Below, piece after piece: positions 6,767-10,047 of a stretch of DNA of 10,047 nucleotides. This stretch comes from Chlamydiia bacterium. GTDB lineage: Bacteria; Chlamydiota; Chlamydiia; Chlamydiales; Parachlamydiaceae. The notes beneath the pieces were generated by a model. The model ran no database searches and was not told the DNA's origin. It saw only the letters and a program-made list of their open reading frames with translations. Position numbers and translations under genes: made by a program. Every line of letters begins with the position of its first letter. Positions within the stretch are counted from its first letter, which is position 1. The DNA is taken from positions 1 through 10,047 of the forward strand of contig JBBSJT010000081.1 of NCBI GenBank assembly GCA_038257035.1, given 5' to 3'.

Positions 6767-7110
6767 TTTTCTACCACAGAGTCTCTGAAAGTTTTTTTAC
6801 CGCAGAGAATGCTTCGCATTATAAAGTTTGTGATGCTTTTTTTACCGCGAAGAGCGCGAAGAAGCGCAGCTTGCGCTGCGGGAAGAAACGCGAAGAAGCG
6901 CGCTTAAAAGCGCGAAAAGAACAAGGAAGGACTAGAAAAAGAAGCGGTCTTCCCTTTCCTCTTTGCATTTTCGCAGCATAAGCTGCGCTTCTTCGCGTGC
7001 CTTCGCGTCTTTCTTCGCGCTCTTCGCGGTAAAAAAAGCATCACAAACTTTGGTAAAAAAATGCTCAGAAAGCGGTTATATTTTTGCGGTGAAAAATCTT
7101 GTGGTGGAGA
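6767..7110. repeat. Degenerate outer inverted-repeat layers around copy 2
   Basis: 6784-6801 TCTGAAAGTTTTTTTACC versus the reverse complement of 7052-7069, TCTGAGCATTTTTTTACC (15/18). Further T-tract-ACCGCA (6792-6804 / 7085-7096) and ACCACA (6773-6778 / 7100-7105) pairs. Confidence 0.55.
6823..7051. repeat. Palindromic intergenic element copy 2, core with perfect 41-bp inverted repeat
   Basis: AAAGTTTGTGATGCTTTTTTTACCGCGAAGAGCGCGAAGAA (6823-6863) is the exact reverse complement of 7011-7051. Internal hairpins CGCAGC-TTGC-GCTGCG (6865-6880), CGCGCTT-AA-AAGCGCG (6899-6914) and CGCAGC-ATAA-GCTGCG (6972-6987). Confidence 0.95.
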
Positions 7111-8188
7111 CCGTGACAGTGGAGATGTTGAGGAGGAGGCCAAGGGCAGCGATATTGGCCATTAGCGAACTGCCACCTTGACTAAAGAGGGGTAAATTAA
7201 GACCTGTACTTGGAAGTAACCCTGAAACAACACCTAGATTTAAAAAAGCTTGAAAACAAATCAAAAAGGTAATTGAAGCTGCCATATAAAAACCTTCCAA
7301 CTCATTTGCCTGAAAAGCAATATAAAATCCGCAAAGCGCCAAGATCATATATAAAAAAACTAAAAGGGTAACTCCCAAAAATCCAAATTCTTCGGCATAA
7401 ATAGCGGCGATATAATCATTTTGGGCTTCCGGTAAATAACTAAGCTTCTGCAAGCTATTTCCCGGTCCTTTACCAAAGACCTTACCGGAGCCTGCTGCAA
7501 TTTTTGCCTGATAAGGCTGATGGCCTTTTCCTCTCAAATCTAATTCAGGATCAAGGTAGCTTGTAAGTCTTGCGGCAACGTAGGGTAAATTGTAGGCAAA
7601 GACCCCACCTACAAGAGTAAACATAAGTAAAGGAATGGCCCAGTATTTATATGAAATGCGTGCAAGAAAGCAGATAATTACAACCAGGGTTGCAATCACG
7701 GCAAATGTTCCATTATTTGGTTCAATCAAAATAAGAACCATGGGAACTGCTACAAAGCCTAAAGTTTTAAAAAAATCTTGGGGCCCCATTTTCCCTTCTT
7801 CAAAGCTTAAAAAGCGGTGAATCAAAAATGCAGGAATCAAGTACTTAACAAATTCAGAGGGTTGAAAAGAGAGGCCAAAAAGTGTGATCCAACGTTTGGA
7901 TCCATTCATTTCGCGACCAATCCCAGGAATCAAGACAAGGACTAGCAAAAAGGTGAAAAACAGAAGCAATTCTGGACTCAACAAAATGATATTTCGATAG
8001 TTGACTTTCCAGATGACAAGAGACAGGCTTACGCCTGCGACTGCAAACAACATCTGGCGCACAAGGCTAGTGTGCGTGCTTCTTGCAAGATCATGATCTA
8101 AAACTTCAGCAGATGTGGTGCTAAAGATCATGACGAGCCCAATTGCAAAAATTGAAGTGACGGTAATCAATAAAATGAGCCGTATCAT
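7076..8188 (-). CDS. ftsW: SEDS family peptidoglycan polymerase FtsW
   Basis: Multi-TM protein of 370 aa with NGSKRWI, FQPSEFVK, YLPEAQNDYIAAIYAEEFG and LLPSTGLNLPLFSQGGSS. Located upstream of murG. Confidence 0.96.
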   Translation of the reverse strand: MIRLILLITVTSIFAIGLVMIFSTTSAEVLDHDLARSTHTSLVRQMLFAVAGVSLSLVIWKVNYRNIILLSPELLLFFTFLLVLVLIPGIGREMNGSKRWITLFGLSFQPSEFVKYLIPAFLIHRFLSFEEGKMGPQDFFKTLGFVAVPMVLILIEPNNGTFAVIATLVVIICFLARISYKYWAIPLLMFTLVGGVFAYNLPYVAARLTSYLDPELDLRGKGHQPYQAKIAAGSGKVFGKGPGNSLQKLSYLPEAQNDYIAAIYAEEFGFLGVTLLVFLYMILALCGFYIAFQANELEGFYMAASITFLICFQAFLNLGVVSGLLPSTGLNLPLFSQGGSSLMANIAALGLLLNISTVTVSTTRFFTAKI

Positions 8189-8189
8189 G

Positions 8190-8966
8190 CTATTTCACAC
8201 GAATTCGATCGCCAATTTTCAGGTTGCGCGCCTTTTCTTCATCCAGATGATTCAATTTTAAAAGATCATCAAATTTCACATGATACTGCTTGGCAATTTT
8301 CCATGGATTGTCACCGCTCTTAATGACGTAATACTCAACTTCGTCAACTGAATTTTTCTTCTCGGCCAAACTTTTCTGTTCAACTTTAGCTTGTGGAGTA
8401 ATTTTCTTTTCTGTACTAGTCGGCACATAAAGCGTTTGACCAACTGTTAAACGATCATTTTTTAATTGGTTTAGAGTTCTAATTTGCTCGACAGTTGTTC
8501 CATTTGCTCTAGCAATTTTCTCTAAAACGTCTCCTCTTTTTACAGTAATCTCAACACCCTTTTTAGGATTTGCTTCGACAGCTTTTTTTGGGCTAATTTC
8601 GACAACTTTTTTAGGGGTTGTAATAGCAATCGGCTGAGCTTTTGCCTTAGGAGCTTCTGCAGTTTTTACAACGGGGGTTTCAAATTCTTCTACCATATCA
8701 TCAAGTGGTTGCACCATCTGGGAAGAGTTAGATGCGACATAATCTTTTAAAACTGTGTCCCACTCATCGGTTGAAATCGTAGTATTATGAACAATAGCGA
8801 TCGGCTCATCTTTTAATTTATCAGTTTCATGATTTGTTGCTAACTGATTAAATTCGGTTTGGTCCATTAACCCTTGATCGTCTGTACTAATGGCCATCAT
8901 TGCAAGTGCAGACAGTAAGCCTGTATTAATTAACACTGTTATTATTATTATATCTCTTCTATTCAT
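8190..8966 (-). CDS. Membrane-anchored protein with two LysM peptidoglycan-binding domains (chlamydial NlpD-like)
   Basis: N-terminal hydrophobic anchor (MNRRDIIIITVLINTGLLSALAMMA), LysM1 ITVKRGDVLEKIARANGTTVEQIRTLNQLKNDRLTVGQTLYVP and LysM2 YVIKSGDNPWKIAKQYHVKFDDLLKLNHL...LKIGDRIRVK. Sits between murD and ftsW as in Chlamydia. Confidence 0.9.
   Translation of the reverse strand: MNRRDIIIITVLINTGLLSALAMMAISTDDQGLMDQTEFNQLATNHETDKLKDEPIAIVHNTTISTDEWDTVLKDYVASNSSQMVQPLDDMVEEFETPVVKTAEAPKAKAQPIAITTPKKVVEISPKKAVEANPKKGVEITVKRGDVLEKIARANGTTVEQIRTLNQLKNDRLTVGQTLYVPTSTEKKITPQAKVEQKSLAEKKNSVDEVEYYVIKSGDNPWKIAKQYHVKFDDLLKLNHLDEEKARNLKIGDRIRVK
8547..8618 (-). repeat. 3 x 24-bp in-frame imperfect tandem repeat (TPKKVVEI-SPKKAVEA-NPKKGVEI)
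   Basis: Units 8547-8570, 8571-8594 and 8595-8618 align without gaps. Peptide consensus xPKKxVEx. Confidence 0.85.
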
Positions 8967-8979
8967 TTCTATTTCCTTT

Positions 8980-10047
8980 TTAAAGAAGGTTTACGCATCT
9001 TTTGAAGGCGTTTCCTCTATCCTTATAATCCTTAAACATATCAAAACTGGAGCAACCGGGAGATAATAAAACGGACTCACCGCTAACTGCAACAGATGCC
9101 GCTTTTTTAACTGCCATTTCCAGTGTCTCCACAATCTCTACTTCAATATCCGGGAAAAGCTCTTTTTTTATTTTATTTGCCGCCTGACCAATTGCAAAAA
9201 CGGCTTTTACTTTTCCATTAAAAACCTCTTTCCAAGGCTCATAACTTGCACCTTTATCAACACCGCCTGCAATTAGATAGAGAGGGTTTCTTAATGAAGC
9301 TACAGCCTTCATGACTGCGTCGATATTCGTTCCCTTACTATCATCATAATAAGTCACTAAATTGACTTGTTTCACAAATTCAAGACGATGGGGTGGCTTT
9401 TTAAACGAAAGATAGCCATTCAAAAATTGTTCGGTTGTAACAAAATTTTTAACCAGGGCAAAAGCTGCCATCATATTTTCAATTTCGTAACTAAAATTAC
9501 CACTCATGCTTACAGGTAATTTATATTCGAATTTTCCATTAAAATATACATTTTCTAAGTCAGTAAAAAGATCGCTTAAAAGATTGTACCCAAACTTTTG
9601 AATATTAGAACCTTGAAAAAAATCTTTAAATTCATCAAAACAAGTTTCATGAACTATAAAGTTACTTATTTTTAAACAATGCCTAATTTTTATTTTAGAT
9701 TTAGCGTAATCATTTAAATTTAAATAACGATCCAAATGATCGGGAGTGATATTTAAAATAACTGCGGTATCAAGAATCTTTGATGACATAGTCTCAATCT
9801 GATAAGAGCTCAATTCGATAACTAAAATATCGCTATCACTTGGATTTTCTAATAAATAAGTAGTTAAGGGCTTCCCAACATTACCAACAGCAACAGCCTT
9901 TTTTCCGGAATTTTTTAAAACATGCTCAACAAGAAGTGTCACCGTCGTTTTACCGTTCGTGCCGGTAATACCAATGCATGGATTCTTTAAGTACCTCGCC
10001 CCTAGTTCAATCTCCCCAATAATTTCAATTCCTAGTTGCAGAGCTCT
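8980..10047 (-). CDS. murD: UDP-MurNAc-L-Ala--D-glutamate ligase MurD (5'-truncated by window edge)
   Basis: The frame stays open to the window end (RALQLGIEIIGEIELGARYLKNPCIGITGTNGKTTVT...), then GNVGKP, ELSSYQ, NITPDHLDRY, PHRLEFV, DDSKGTN, AGGVDKG and LLSPGCSSFDMFKDYKDRG. The track start at 9942 is internal. Confidence 0.97.
   Translation of the reverse strand, partial: RALQLGIEIIGEIELGARYLKNPCIGITGTNGKTTVTLLVEHVLKNSGKKAVAVGNVGKPLTTYLLENPSDSDILVIELSSYQIETMSSKILDTAVILNITPDHLDRYLNLNDYAKSKIKIRHCLKISNFIVHETCFDEFKDFFQGSNIQKFGYNLLSDLFTDLENVYFNGKFEYKLPVSMSGNFSYEIENMMAAFALVKNFVTTEQFLNGYLSFKKPPHRLEFVKQVNLVTYYDDSKGTNIDAVMKAVASLRNPLYLIAGGVDKGASYEPWKEVFNGKVKAVFAIGQAANKIKKELFPDIEVEIVETLEMAVKKAASVAVSGESVLLSPGCSSFDMFKDYKDRGNAFKRCVNLL

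Noticed and set aside
6904..7181. ORFs 6904-7143 (-) and 6963-7181 (+)
   Set aside because: Both overlap ftsW and translate the repeat; low-complexity products with no independent support.
7635..7820. 61-aa plus-strand ORF
   Set aside because: Antisense shadow of the hydrophobic ftsW coding region.

Overview
AT-rich bacterial window that is almost certainly from a Chlamydiota (probably an environmental chlamydia). It carries the Chlamydia-type dcw cluster on the minus strand: murD (5'-truncated) - LysM/NlpD-like - ftsW - murG - fused murC-ddl - ftsQ-like, with no ftsA/ftsZ. This is followed by cutA, a short tail-less ssb and a DHH/DHHA1 (NrnA-like) gene. The left edge holds the 3' end of an IS4-family (IS50/Tn5-like) element, whose right end abuts half of a GGAGTGCG-type REP-like hairpin. 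The most unusual signal is a family of GC-rich, modular, non-coding palindromic elements built from CGCGAAG units and small hairpins. It occurs twice inside the operon: after ftsQ (about 2155-2348) and after ftsW (about 6767-7110). The second copy has a perfect 41-bp inverted repeat nested inside older, degenerate termini that run into the ftsW 3' end. All calls come from reading the sequence by eye; no searches were run.
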